Positions 13,659-27,800 of a stretch of 64,000 nt of DNA are shown here, piece after piece. The translations under genes were made by a program, and so were the position numbers. The DNA comes from Eledone cirrhosa. Its lineage: Eukaryota. The notes below the pieces were generated by a model that saw only the letters and a program-made list of their open reading frames with translations, was not told the origin of the DNA and ran no database searches. Each line of letters begins with the position of its first letter. Positions within the stretch are counted from its first letter, which is position 1. The stretch is from assembly GCA_964016885.1 (NCBI GenBank), contig OZ024740.1:395312001-395376000 (forward strand), in the 5' to 3' direction.

Positions 13659-15831
13659 ATATGAGCAAGGCATGGTCAGCCGACCAGACACTGCCCACAA
13701 TAGGACAACCCGTCTAACCCATGCCTTGCTCATACAGGAACTGATTTTGGCTTGATTTCTACAGCTGGATGCCCTTCCTAACACCAACCTCATTTACAGT
13801 GAGTGCTGGGTGCTTTTTTCCGTGGCGCCTACAAGTCCACTTTAGAGTGTGGGCTGGGTGCTTTTTTGCCTTGGCACCACCACGACCACTTTGTAGTGGG
13901 AGGGTGTGCGGGCATATTGTCTATATGCTTCAGCTTGTACCCATGGGAGGTCGGGTACTCTGTATTACTGCGTGACGCCAGAGGTCACGGTCGTGTGTCA
14001 TCGCCTTTGAGAGGTGTAATTGGGTAAGGTCGGCTTTTATCACCTCCTCCCAGGTCTTCTTGGGTCTCCCCACTCCACGGTTTCCATTGAATTCTAGTGC
14101 TCTGCACCTTTTTATGCAGCTGTCATCCTTCATACGCATCACATGTCCATACCAATGCAACCGCATCTCCTGCACACAGCATTTGATTCCTCTTATGCTC
14201 AGTCTCTCTCTCAATTCATTTATGCTTTGTCGTTCGCGTATATTACTATTACACATCCATCAGAGCATGCAGGCTTCGTTTCTTTCTAATCTACATAAGT
14301 CTTCCCCCTTCAGCGCCCAGGTCTCACTACCATGTAACATTGCTGTTCGGATACACGCATCATACAATCTGCCTTTCATTTTGAGGGAGAAGCCTTTTGC
14401 AGCTAGCAGTGGCGGTAGTTCCCTGAACTTCTTCCATCCCATTCTTACCCTAATTATTGTGCTTTCTGAACACCCAGCTCCACTGCTAATTCGGTCACCT
14501 AGGTAGCAGAAGCTGTCTACTGTTTCTACAGAGCCCTCCCAGAGATTGGTGGTACTTGTTTCCTGTGGCTGTTTGCTGCTTGCTGTTCCAGCACAGCTGC
14601 TACACGTGAAACCTACATTCTTAATTAAGCTTCCTGAGATGCTGCTACATCTCTTGTGTACCCATTGTTTGCATTTGGGGCAGAGAATGGTGTTCCTACC
14701 TACACCTTTCCTACATACCGAGCAAGGCCATTTCCCTGAGGGGATCTGGGTTCTGTTTTCTCGTCTACTTACAAGGACCTTAGTCTTTGTCATGTTAACT
14801 TTGAGACCCTTTCCTTCTAGTCCCTGCTTCCAAGTTTGGAATTACTTCTCTCGTTCTACCATAGATTCAGCTATAAGTGCGAGGTCATCTGCATACAGGA
14901 GTTCCCATGGGCATCCGGTCTTAAACTCCTCCGTTATTGCCTGCAGGACTATGATGAACAGGAGAGGGCTAAGAACAGAGCCCTGGTGAACACCAACCTG
15001 TCCACTAAATTCCTTGTTATACTCATTGCTAATCCTAAATTTGCTGACTGCTCCTCTATACATGGCTTGTACCGCTTTCACAAGCCGTTCATCTACTCCT
15101 AGTTTTCTAAGAGCCCACCAGATTATAGCACGTGGAACTCTGTCAAAGGCTTTCTTGAGATCGACGAATGCCAGGTAGAATGGCTTACTTTTAGCTAGGT
15201 ACTTTTCCTGTAACTGCCTCACCAGGAAAAGGGCATCAGTGGTGCCTCTTCCTGGTACAAACCCAAATTGCATCTCATCTAGTTTCACCCGGTCCCTAAT
15301 CAACTGTGCTATAACTCTTTCTGTTACTTTCATGACCTGGTCCATCAGCTTTATACCTCTATAGTTTCCTCTATCTAGTGCATCACCTTTACATTTGTAG
15401 TAGTTGACAATGATGCTACTGCACCAATCTTTTGGTATGACACCTTCTAGTATTACTTGGTTAACAATATGTGTGGTTATAATGCGACCTACAGACCCAG
15501 ATGCCTTCAGCATCTCGGCAGCTATACCTGATGGACCGGTTGCCTTCCACATCTTCATATCTTTGATTGCCTTACTTACTACGCTGCTGCTGACTTGTAC
15601 TGCTGGCCCCTCTATAGGGTCTACTTGGGGTAGGGTCTCTTCTTCCCATGCATTCTCCTCATTTAGTAATCTATCATAATGGCTCTTCCATGCATCTTTC
15701 TTCTCAGCACTTGTGAGGGCAAGCTCACCTTTATCATTCCGGATAGACTTCTCTCCAATGACATCACAATTCTCCCTGACACACTGCCTCGCAATCCTGA
15801 ACACCTCCTGTTTCTGGTCCTCACGTTGCAA
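13659..15831 (-). mobile_element. 5'-truncated RTE-clade LINE; RT ORF with two in-frame stops
   Basis: ORFs 15831-14842, 14793-14260 and 14256-13930 are one frame; motifs NYRGIKL, QFGF..GRGTTDA, FVDLKKAFD, GVHQGSVLSP, YADD; Cys/His-rich insert CSVC..CPKC...HKRC..CSSC; both ends abut (TA)n. Confidence 0.92.
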
Positions 15832-15879
<48 letters not shown>

Positions 15880-15918
15880 GATATTAATAAATGGAAACTA
15901 TATTTATAAAACCATATT

Positions 15919-15983
15919 TATTTCATTATATATATTTCAGGGATACCACATTAAATTATGGTATGCCTTCATCAGACAAAATA
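15919..15983 (-). ncRNA. Minimal type I hammerhead ribozyme (family B)
   Basis: Revcomp: tattttgt-CTGATGA-aggcataccataatttaatgtggtatccct-GAAA-tatata-TA-atgaaata; 8-bp stem I, palindromic stem III. Confidence 0.8.
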
Positions 15984-16453
15984 CAATATATAACAGTTTT
16001 ACAAATAGCTTTGACATACCCTTTTAAAATGCAACCATTACTTTTGGAGGCTGTCTGGATAGTGATTTGTTTATATTATTTTAATAAGTCATAGTGTTAA
16101 GCACAATTAGAAAAAAACGGAGAGTTTTTCTATCTGTATGATGACTTGATATCTCTGTTGCTTTCCTTTGTTTTTCTTATTTCTTCCTTTTTTCTTTCTT
16201 TTTTATTTCCTCCTATCTTTATTTATCTCTTTCTTTTCTCCATACATTTCTCTCTCTCTCCGATATTTCTCCAGGTTTTCTTTCTCTCTCTCCGTCTTTC
16301 TTTTTTTTTTTTCTCTCCGTCTTTTTTCTAATTGTGCTTAACACTATGACTTATTAAAATAATATAAACAAATCACTATCCAGACAGCCTCCAAAAGTAA
16401 TGGTTGCATTTTAAAAGGTATGTCAAAGCTATTTGTAAAACTGTTATATATTG

Positions 16454-16518
16454 TATTTTGTCTGATGAAGGCATACCATAATTTAATGTGGTATCCCTGA
16501 AATATGTATAATGAAATA
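16454..16518 (+). ncRNA. Minimal type I hammerhead ribozyme (family B)
   Basis: tattttgt-CTGATGA-stem II-GAAA-tatgta-TA-atgaaata; stems I and II pair. Confidence 0.8.
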
Positions 16519-16649
16519 AATATGGTTTTATAAATATAGTTTCCATTTATTAATATCGTATATCTACTCCAAAAACTTGTCGAGTGCTTTATATCAGTTA
16601 TAAAAATATTTACTTGTTGTATCCCAACAATTTTAAATAGAACTTTTGC

Positions 16650-18086
<1,437 letters not shown>

Positions 18087-18202
18087 TGTATAAAAAATAT
18101 ATGTAACTGCAAAAGGTTTTTGTATTTACATAACCATAAATAGTATAATTAATACTATTAACTGCTCCATATTGTTGAGCTGACATACAATAAATTACCA
18201 AT

Positions 18203-20662
18203 ATGCTAATCAAAGACCAACTCCCCATGTCAACCAAGAACATACCAATACCATCCAAGAATACATATGAGAAATTGCTGATCAACAGTGTAAATTCATT
18301 TATCAATAGAGTGAGATGGAGGACATTCCATTATGATAAAAACAGATCTAACAATGTTAATAATACTAACAAATTTGACTCCTTCGGCTTTAAAACCTTT
18401 AAAAGCCCCCCTCATAACACACTACTTAACTCCTTTGAAAATGACCTAGTTAAACTAGTTAAGAACATTAAATACAATAAGCACCATAATAGAAGCAACA
18501 CCTTCTTAAACAAACTTAACACCTCTATTAATGGATTCAAAACTAGTAATAAAATTATTGTACACGCAGATAAAACTAATAACATATACAGCCTAGATTA
18601 TAATACTTATAGAAAGTTTATATATAATGAACTACATAAAAGCTACAAGAAGACTACTTTGAAAAACTTAGAGGATATTAATATAGAGGGATATAATATA
18701 GTGTCTAAACTAGGACTTCAGAGGCATACACAACAATACACCCAAAACCCCCCTAGATTCTCTCTGAAGGATCATAAGGAGGACTTCATTAGCAACCCTT
18801 CGATAAGACTTATCTGCCCTTCCAAGTCCGACATTGGTATTATCAGCAAGAACATTTTAGATAAAATCATCCCACAAATTAAACACAAGATACACCTTAA
18901 ACAATGGGGAAATACGGGTGAAGTTATTGAATGGTTCAAAGATATCAAGAAAAATAAGGACAAAAAATTTATTCAATTTGATATCAATCCATACTACACC
19001 TCTATTTCCCCTATCCTATTAAATAAGGCACTAATCATGGCCATGAACAATAGCGACCTGACTAGAGCCCAGATTGATGTCATCCTTGTGGCCCGTAAAA
19101 CCATAATCACCTTCGAGGACCAACTATGGACACGCAAGGATACGCACAACAACTTCGACATAACCATGGGATCTAGTGACTCGGCGCAGGTCACTGATCT
19201 GGTCAGCCTATATCTTCTTAATGAAATCCATAAGGACCTCCCTTACCTCAACGGTGGTTTGTACCGCGATGATGCACTTCTACTTATAGAATATAAAAAA
19301 TTTAATATAGAAAGAACTAGAAAACTATTGCACAAGACATTCAAAAACTTTAACCTTAGTATCACCATGGACAAAAACACTAAAAATGTTAACTTCCTAG
19401 ACGCCACACTATACCTAGACTCAAAAATATATACACCTTTCCATAAGCCTAACGAAAAACTCATTTACGTAGATACCAAGTCTAATCACCCTAGATCAAT
19501 ATTAAACTCTATCTCTAAGGGGGTATCCAATAGAATCTCTAATCTATCCTATGACGCAAACATATTTAGCAAAAACTCACAATGTTATAATCAAGCATTA
19601 GCTAGATCCGGCCATAATATAGAAATTGAGTTCCTACCTAAGAAAACGCATAGCTACAACATCATCTCGCACAACATGTCCATGAGGAAACCTAATAATA
19701 GGAATAGCAACCACACGTACACCAAAGCGAAGGGTGCCACCGGAAGTAACCATTACCACGGAAACTACCATAGTACCTTAGGAAGAAACAACACACCAGA
19801 CACTAAAAACAAAAATAGAAGAAGAAATAATACATTTTTCAACCCTCCTTTCAACCTAAATGTCTCCACCAACATACCTAGGGCTTTCTTCTCACTACTA
19901 GATAAAAACTTTTCTCTAGGACACAAGTACCACAACCTTTTAAACAAAAACACTATTAAAATCTCATACTCTACGACGCCTAACTTAGCATACCACATAG
20001 CTAGCAGCAATAAAAGTAAAATTAATTCTTACTTCCAACAAACGAAATCACAACAGGAGGTAAACCTGCTAAATACCTCTGTAGCAAGCAACCATAGTAA
20101 CGGCAGTAATAATAGAAATAACACTAGTATAAGAAATAACACCGGGGTCGACAACCCGAATGCCCAAAATCCTATAGCTACCACCCAGACTTCTGCACTG
20201 CATTATAATCAGCAGACTAACACACGGGATAATTGTAACTGTAGAGCTAATAGAACCTGCCCTTTAGATAAAAAATGCCTAACCAAAGATATCATATACT
20301 CATGCACCGTCACAACTAGCAACTCTTCAGAAACCTATGTAGACTCCACTTCTAACTGCTTCAAAATCAGATATAATTCGCACATCCACTCGTTCAAAAA
20401 GCACAGTCTAGCCAACTCCACCTCACTATCTAGCTACATACACTATCTAAAAACTAAAAATAAACCTTACACACTCAAATGGGAAGTGATAGGTAGCGCG
20501 ACTTCGTACAAACCACCTAATAAATTTTGTAACCTCTGTATACTAGAGACCCACAATATTATCTTCTCTAACCGTAACCTACTTAACAAAAAATCTGAAG
20601 TGTTTGCAACTTGCCAGCACCGCTTCAGACATTCCTTCCAAAACTTTAAGCCCAATATATAG
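18203..20662 (+). CDS. Penelope-like reverse transcriptase with C-terminal GIY-YIG endonuclease (819 aa)
   Basis: [63 protein letters not shown]; CNC..CPL..C linker, IIY...[23 protein letters not shown]. Confidence 0.95.
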   Translation: MLIKDQLPMSTKNIPIPSKNTYEKLLINSVNSFINRVRWRTFHYDKNRSNNVNNTNKFDSFGFKTFKSPPHNTLLNSFENDLVKLVKNIKYNKHHNRSNTFLNKLNTSINGFKTSNKIIVHADKTNNIYSLDYNTYRKFIYNELHKSYKKTTLKNLEDINIEGYNIVSKLGLQRHTQQYTQNPPRFSLKDHKEDFISNPSIRLICPSKSDIGIISKNILDKIIPQIKHKIHLKQWGNTGEVIEWFKDIKKNKDKKFIQFDINPYYTSISPILLNKALIMAMNNSDLTRAQIDVILVARKTIITFEDQLWTRKDTHNNFDITMGSSDSAQVTDLVSLYLLNEIHKDLPYLNGGLYRDDALLLIEYKKFNIERTRKLLHKTFKNFNLSITMDKNTKNVNFLDATLYLDSKIYTPFHKPNEKLIYVDTKSNHPRSILNSISKGVSNRISNLSYDANIFSKNSQCYNQALARSGHNIEIEFLPKKTHSYNIISHNMSMRKPNNRNSNHTYTKAKGATGSNHYHGNYHSTLGRNNTPDTKNKNRRRNNTFFNPPFNLNVSTNIPRAFFSLLDKNFSLGHKYHNLLNKNTIKISYSTTPNLAYHIASSNKSKINSYFQQTKSQQEVNLLNTSVASNHSNGSNNRNNTSIRNNTGVDNPNAQNPIATTQTSALHYNQQTNTRDNCNCRANRTCPLDKKCLTKDIIYSCTVTTSNSSETYVDSTSNCFKIRYNSHIHSFKKHSLANSTSLSSYIHYLKTKNKPYTLKWEVIGSATSYKPPNKFCNLCILETHNIIFSNRNLLNKKSEVFATCQHRFRHSFQNFKPNI

Positions 20663-22096
20663 CAATGTCGGACTTGAACCAAACACCACCTCTAGCATCA
20701 AACACCAGGGGCACACCTTATACCACATACCCAACACTCACTGATCTAATATAACACAAACAGCGACTTCCCTCTAGAACCCTTCACAGGGGAATACCCA
20801 CTTGTACCTCTACTTTAGGTGTGACAACATCCACTCGCTTGAACTGCACTACACCCCTTTATAGTTAATTTAAGCATTGAATTGATTGTCTTGTTGGTGC
20901 TGTGCGGAGGAAGTGCCATCGTTGGATAAATGAAATACGAATTAATCTAGTAACGCTGATGAGCAGTATGACCGGTACGCTGAGTGCAGTGAATGAATGT
21001 ATTGCAAGTGGCATATGGGTTGTACATATATGGATGATTTGATGGTCAGATTGGAGTCATGAGGACTGTGGATTGACCTCTGGTCGGCCCAGGTGATGAT
21101 TATCTTTCGACATCCAATGTAGCAAGCGATGACCCAGAACTTACCAGAGATCATTGTGTGTTGAAGTGATTCTGCAATCACCGTGCCTGGTCCTTCGAGT
21201 AGACTGCAACCACAGAGATCATTAATTTAGAATCCTCGCTCGTCGTGTATAATATTCATTTGTGGCACTCTACGCTGGGGGTTAATCACCATAATAATAA
21301 GAACACCTTCAGCACAACTTAATAGACTACTCTATAGTTAAAACACTTTAAATTTTAGAAATTTTTTAGAAATTGCGCATAACCATATAAGTTAGGGTCT
21401 ATTTTGAGACACATTTTAATAGTTAGTAATAGAAACCACGGAGTTACCTCCCCTCATGCATTAACTCCCCTTAGCCACACACACACTTCCGAGTAGTATT
21501 TCGATGTCGATTATCGAAACGTAACATCCTCCTGTATTGAACTTAAGAGCATCAGACTACGATTCTCTAACTGGATTGTCAAACGCCCAATATCGAATCG
21601 TCGTGGATTATGTGAGGGGCATATAATCTGAAAAATACGCTCCCCAGACTATGTAAATGTCGAAGTGCATGAAGTCCATATCATCGCTTCGCTGCGCATT
21701 TCCAATATTTTTAATGCTTACACTATTTTTAATACTTATATTATTTCTCCACACACAGACTATAACAATCATATAAAGAATTCGTCACCAGATCAACCAA
21801 CCTAACACTCTTGATTACCTGCTTAAGTGCTTCTACCACACGTAACTCTCTTCCACACTATACAAACAAGACGCACGTGCTTGCCACACATATAACCTTT
21901 GCACTATATAACCGCTTATTTTCATGTTGTATTTTAACCTGTATTTTTTATTGTATCTTTTAATATGAATGTAATCTCTAAGTGTGTGCTGCCACTCTAA
22001 ATGCTGTAATGAATGTTGACTCACAATATTTGCATATGTATCTGTATGTCTCTTGGGTGAAAAGGAGGTCATATAAGTGTTCATTCAATAATAAAT

Positions 22097-22143
22097 TGCT
22101 CCGAAGAATCCAAACCTCGGTTTGGAGGAAACAGTTGTAAGCA
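22097..22143 (+). ncRNA. Hammerhead ribozyme variant in the PLE A 3' region
   Basis: tgct-CCGAAGA-a-tccaaacc-tc-ggtttgga-g-GAAA-cagttg-TA-agca; U4C core variant, 8-bp stem II, 4-bp stem I. Confidence 0.65.
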
Positions 22144-22349
22144 TAAAAATGTTTTGAACAGTTCTTTGTTCTTATAATTCATATAACTGCTCTGTAAATC
22201 ATCTGATGTTTTTACATTGAGCTACTTAACTTATTGGTAATCAGGTAGTAATATATTACTGTCTACCACTATTTAGGGTTTGTATAAAAAATATATATAA
22301 CTGCAAAAGGTTTTTGTATTTACATAACCATAAATAGTATAATTAATAC

Positions 22350-22383
<34 letters not shown>

Positions 22384-22390
22384 AATATAC

Positions 22391-22423
<33 letters not shown>

Positions 22424-22488
22424 AATATATATATATATAAATATATATATATATAAATATATATATATAAATATATATATATATAAAT

Positions 22489-22519
<31 letters not shown>

Positions 22520-22835
22520 AATATATATATAAATATATATAAATATATATATAAATATATATATAAATATATATATAAATATATATATAAATATATATAA
22601 ATATATATATAAATATATATATAAATATATATATAAATATATATATAAATATATATATAAATATATATATAAATATTGTTATACTTAGGGAGGGTCATGT
22701 TGCCAATAAGAAACACACGCACCAGTTGCTTTCACTTCAATTTAATTTATTATATATTTATAAATTTACAAATTTATAAATTTCTGGTTGGTTGGTTGGT
22801 TGGTTCCACAACCAGATAGTTGTTTATATATATAT

Positions 22836-22880
22836 AGTCATAGCTCTTTCGTCACACACTCCGTGACCTCTTCAGTGACT
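22836..22880 (-). ncRNA. Minimal hammerhead ribozyme (family C)
   Basis: Revcomp agtca-CTGAAGA-g-gtcac-ggagtgt-gtgac-GAAA-gagc-TA-tgact. Confidence 0.75.
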
Positions 22881-22989
22881 GGGGATTTCTTTCTTCGTTT
22901 CTGTGCCTTTCCTTTCTTCTATCCTACGCCATTTTGTTTGGCGTAGGATAGAAGAAAGGAAAGGCACAGAAACGAAGAAAGAAATCCCC

Positions 22990-23034
22990 AGTCACTGAAG
23001 AGGTCACGGAGTGTGTGACGAAAGAATTATGACT
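22990..23034 (+). ncRNA. Minimal hammerhead ribozyme (family C)
   Basis: agtca-CTGAAGA-g-gtcac-ggagtgt-gtgac-GAAA-gaat-TA-tgact; perfect 5-bp stems I and II. Confidence 0.75.
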
Positions 23035-23247
23035 ATATATATATAAACAACTATCTGGTTGTGGAACCAACCAACCAACCAGAAATTTATAAATTTGTAA
23101 ATTTATAAATATATAATAAATTAAATTGAAGTGAAAGCAACTGGTGCGTGTGTTTCTTATTGGCAACATGACCCTCCCTAAGTATAACAATATCGGTTTC
23201 AACACACGATTTCAGATAAAGAATCTTGCTAAACAAATTCAGAAACG

Positions 23248-23443
23248 ATATATATATAAATATATATATATATAAATATATATAAATATATATATAAATA
23301 TATATATATATAAATATATATAAATATATATATAAATATATATATATATAAATATATATATATATAAATATATATAAATATATATATAAATATATATATA
23401 TATAAATATATATATATATAAATATATATAAATATATATATAA

Positions 23444-23474
<31 letters not shown>

Positions 23475-23617
23475 AATATATATATATATAAATAAATATA
23501 TATATAAATATATATATATATAAATATATATATATATAAATATATATATAAATATATATATATAAATATATATATAAATATATATATATATAAATATATA
23601 TAAATATATATATAAAT

Positions 23618-23648
<31 letters not shown>

Positions 23649-23683
23649 AATATATATAAATATATATAAATATATATATAAAT

Positions 23684-23714
<31 letters not shown>

Positions 23715-23789
23715 AATATATATATATATAAATAAATATATATATATATATATAAATATATATAAATATATATAAATATATATATAAAT

Positions 23790-23820
<31 letters not shown>

Positions 23821-23823
23821 AAT

Positions 23824-23854
<31 letters not shown>

Positions 23855-24184
23855 AATATATATAAATATATATATAAATATATATATATATAAATATAAA
23901 TATATATAAATATATATATAAATATATATATATATAAATATATATATATATAAATATATATATAAATATATATATATATAAATATATATATATATAAATA
24001 TATATATAAATATATATATATATAAATATATATATATATAAATATATATATAAATATATATATATATAAATATATATATATATAAATATATATATAAATA
24101 TATATATATATAAATATATATATATAAATATATATATAAATATATATATATATAAATATATATAAATATATATATAAATATATA
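23248..24184. repeat. (TA)n array with periodic TAAA interruptions
   Basis: Direct reading; same variant in arrays at 22352-22672, 27132-27600, 32015-32995 and 33200-33672. Confidence 0.97.
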
Positions 24185-24215
24185 TGGAAAGTTATATTTA
24201 AATTGTTGGGTTACA

Positions 24216-25675
24216 ACTATTCAACTTGATATAGCTAACTATTATTCTTCTATTACCCCTAATCTACTAAATAAGGCACTAAATTACGCATTCAAACATA
24301 CTGACCTAACTAGCAATGAAATGCATATTATATTATCGGCTAGGAAAACTTTGATAGAATTTAATAACCAACTATGGACCAGAGCAGATAGAGATAGCAA
24401 TTTTGACATTACTATGGGATCATCCGACTCAGCTCAGGTAACTGACCTTGTGGGCTTATTTTTAATCAATTCGCTACATAGGAAAATACCTGGTACTACC
24501 GGAGGTTTATATAGAGATGACATGCTTTTACTTATTGATAATAATAACTCTGAACTAAATAGAAAATGTAAACAAATTACACAATTTTTTAATTACTTTA
24601 ATCTTAAAATAGAAATTGAGAACAACCATAGAATAGTCAATTTCCTAGATATAACATTAAATCTCAACACATGTCTTCACTATCCTTTTCACAAGTTGAA
24701 TGAAAACTTAAACTATGTCAACTTTAACTCTAACCACCCCAGATCTGTCAAAAACACTATAGTAAACTCTGTTCAAAAACGTATCTCTAGGATCTCGTCG
24801 AATAGAAAGATTTTCGACGAAAAAGCCCAATACTACAATGAAGCATTAGCTAGAGCAGGATATGCTGATAAGATTGTGTACATAGATAATGATGGACAAA
24901 CTAAACAAAATAACAACTATTTTAATTACGGCAACAACCTTAACAACTATAATAGAAAGCATTACAATAATTCCAAAGGCCAAAAAAGAAATAGAACTAG
25001 GAACATAATTTGGTTTGCCCCCCCCCCCCTTTCTCACTAAACATTAAAACCCACATCGCTAAACTATTTTTTAAAGCTCTTGATAATCGCTTCCCTAGAA
25101 CACATAGGTATCACTCAATTTTCAATAGACATACAATAAAATTAACCTACTCATCCACCAAAAATTTAGCACAAAATATTAATAGAATAAATAATAGGAA
25201 CTTAAAACCTAGTGATAATAGCATAAATAATATACAAGTTAACAAATGTAACTGTAGAGATAGATCTAAATGTCTGTTAAATAACAACTGCTTAGTTAAA
25301 AATATAGTATACAATTGTAATGTTAATACTGACTCTAATTCTTTTAACTACGTCGGTTCCACATCGACGGAATTTAAACTTCGCTATAATAACCACAAGA
25401 ATTCTTTCACAGATCCAAGCAAAAAATCTTCAACGGCACTATCAGGCGTACTCTGGCAACTTAAGCTAGATAACGTTAGATATTCGACGGCTTGGAATAT
25501 AGTCTCAAGAGGGATTCCTTTTAATTCATCCTCTGAGACATGTGACCTCTGCGCAGAGGAGATATTCTTTATACTAAAATCTAAAAATTCCCTTAATCTA
25601 CGGACAAATTTATTCAGTTGCTGCAAACATAGATTAAACTCAACGTTTAAATATAAATTTAAATTTAAAATGTAG
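24216..25675 (+). pseudogene. PLE B RT + GIY-YIG ORF, 5'-truncated, one frameshift in a C homopolymer (~25018-25029)
   Basis: [40 protein letters not shown](fs)FS, CNCR..CLL..C, IVY...YVGST..FKLRYNNH, CDLCAEE; clearly paralogous to ORF A. Confidence 0.9.
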
Positions 25676-27024
25676 TATATTTAGTTTGATTTATAATTAT
25701 ATGGGAAACTAGCCGATAAATCTTTGATTTCTTCTTTTTATTCTTTTTATTTTTATTTTTATTTTTATTTAAACATTCTTCATGAAAAATTAAGCTACCC
25801 TAAAAGTTGATGCTCCAAATATTTCGAATAAACGTTACACTAGATAAACTTCTATATTAAATATAAGAACACATGTAGACCAAATGGGCATCCTAAACTT
25901 TTTGAAATGATCTTTGCTAGATGCGATTTGATAGATAATTTTTTGGCTTTATCTGTTTTTCGACTCTGATGCTTATAATGAACTTGGCAATATATTGTCA
26001 ATTAATTTTGAAGGGTTGATCTTTGTGGTTTATTTTTATTTTTATTATTGTAGTATTTTCTAATATTTTTATTTTTAATATTTTTAATATGTAATATTTT
26101 TAATATGTAATATTCTTTCGTAATATTTTTTAGTTTTCTATTTTATTATTTTATTATTACTTATTATTATTATTGTTATTTTTTAGTTTTGTTTCTGATA
26201 TATATTTTTATTAGTATATTGAAATCTGCTCTCTATTTCTGCTTGATAGATAATCTTGTAGAGTAAAGACAGGAATAGTAGTAATATTGACTCTATATAT
26301 ATTTGTGTGTATATATATACACATATATGTATACTTAAATTTTTATACCACAATGAGAATGTTTTCCGTGAACTTAGGGTTTGCAGAGTTGATCATGTAA
26401 ATTCACATAGATGTTTGTAGTTATCACATAAACATATGAATTTTTAAAAAAAAATAAACATAAGATCATTAATTTTCACACATTATGGATACATGTCTCA
26501 TTCAGAAATACTGATATTTACAATATAGTGGCTGGTTTTTATACATACTAATACCTCTACATTAAAACATAGGGTTTTACGCCTCGCCTATGTCTGGTTA
26601 TTTTTAAATTTTTCTCTCTATATAACAGCTGGTTTCTTTCCATATATCTCCCTTACATTAATACTAGAGCTAAATAAATAAATAAATAAATAAATGTATC
26701 ATTGATACGTTTACTCAACGGACGTCCCACTACCTAGTTTTCTATATATATGTATCTATCTCTATTTCCTCTCTCTCTCTATATATATATATATCTCTGT
26801 TTCTTACATGAAGTTCTTCTCTTTATCTATCTTTCCATCTCTCTATTTTGTTCCATGCATTTCTTCTTTTTCTTCTTTTTCTTCGTTTTCTGTCTTTCTT
26901 TCCTTTTTTCTCTCTTTCTTTCTCTCTGTGTACAATTTTTTCACTGCCAATTCAACTTTTTCAAATACAAGTCGATGTTGTTACGGTATGTCGAATCTAT
27001 TTATCTATAAAACTGTTTATATTG

Positions 27025-27090
27025 TATTTTGTCTGAGGAAGGCATAGCATATTGTTAATATGATATCCCTGAAATATATATAATGAAATA
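27025..27090 (+). ncRNA. Minimal type I hammerhead ribozyme (family B)
   Basis: tattttgt-CTGAGGA-aggcatagcatattgttaatatgatatccct-GAAA-tatata-TA-atgaaata. Confidence 0.8.
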
Positions 27091-27140
27091 AATATGGTTT
27101 TATAAATATAGTTTCTATTTATTTAATATTGTATATAAAT

Positions 27141-27171
<31 letters not shown>

Positions 27172-27289
27172 AATATATATAAATATATATAAATATATAT
27201 ATAAATATATATATATATATAAATATATATATATATAAATACATATATATATAAATATATATATAGATATAAATATATATATATATATA

Positions 27290-27321
<32 letters not shown>

Positions 27322-27419
27322 AATATATATATATATAAATATATATATATAAATATATATATATATAAATATATATATAAATATATATATAAATATATAT
27401 ATATAAATATATATATATA

Positions 27420-27455
<36 letters not shown>

Positions 27456-27734
27456 AATATATATATATAAATATATATATATAAATATATATATATAAAT
27501 ATATATATATAAATATATATATATAAATATATATATATAAATATATATATATAAATATATATATATAAATATATATATATAAATATATATATATAAATAT
27601 ACATGGAAAGTTATATTTAAATTGTTGGGTTAACAACGAGTAAATATTTATAACTGATATAAAAGCACTCAACAAGTATTTGGAGTATATTTATGATATT
27701 AAATAAATGGAAACTATATTTATAAAACCATATT

Positions 27735-27800
27735 TATTTCGTTATATATATTTCAGGGATATCATATTAACAATATGTTATGCCATCTTCAGACAAAATA
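27735..27800 (-). ncRNA. Minimal type I hammerhead ribozyme (family B)
   Basis: Revcomp tattttgt-CTGAAGA-tggcataacatattgttaatatgatatccct-GAAA-tatata-TA-acgaaata. Confidence 0.78.

Larger units (their letters stand above)
15879..16650 (+). mobile_element. ORF-less fold-back PLE insertion (family B pseudo-LTR, inverted arm plus ~88-nt tail)
   Basis: 15879-16124 is the near-perfect revcomp of 16313-16560; homologous to the 3' end of the PLE at 24185-27131; flanked by (TA)n. Confidence 0.85.
18087..22352 (+). mobile_element. Near full-length Penelope-like element A (~4.27 kb) in (TA)n
   Basis: ~72-bp terminal direct repeat (18087-18159 = 22281-22352, 1 mismatch), intact ORF, HHR-like motif near the 3' end, (TA)n on both sides. 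Confidence 0.92.
22673..23247 (+). mobile_element. ORF-less palindromic PLE-type insertion (family C): ~257-bp arms, 7-nt spacer, 54-nt tail
   Basis: 22673-22931 is the revcomp of 22939-23193 (few differences); HHR in each arm; flanked by (TA)n. Confidence 0.85.
24185..27131 (+). mobile_element. 5'-truncated Penelope-like element B with a 29-bp inverted terminus at its 5' junction
   Basis: 24185-24213 matches 27604-27632 (revcomp of the family's extreme 3' end); then RT-EN coding region and ~1.45-kb 3' region with HHR; (TA)n both sides. Confidence 0.9.

Noticed and set aside
14060-15679. Plus-strand ORFs over the RTE (and those over the Tx1 element)
   Set aside because: Antisense shadows of LINE coding sequence
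21028-21040. YMDD motif in the PLE A 3' region
   Set aside because: Frame has stops close by on both sides and no other RT motifs
25018-25029. Programmed frameshift in PLE B (and Tx1 ORF1 at ~62875)
   Set aside because: Both are homopolymer runs; paralog A is in-frame here, so slippage or sequencing error is more likely
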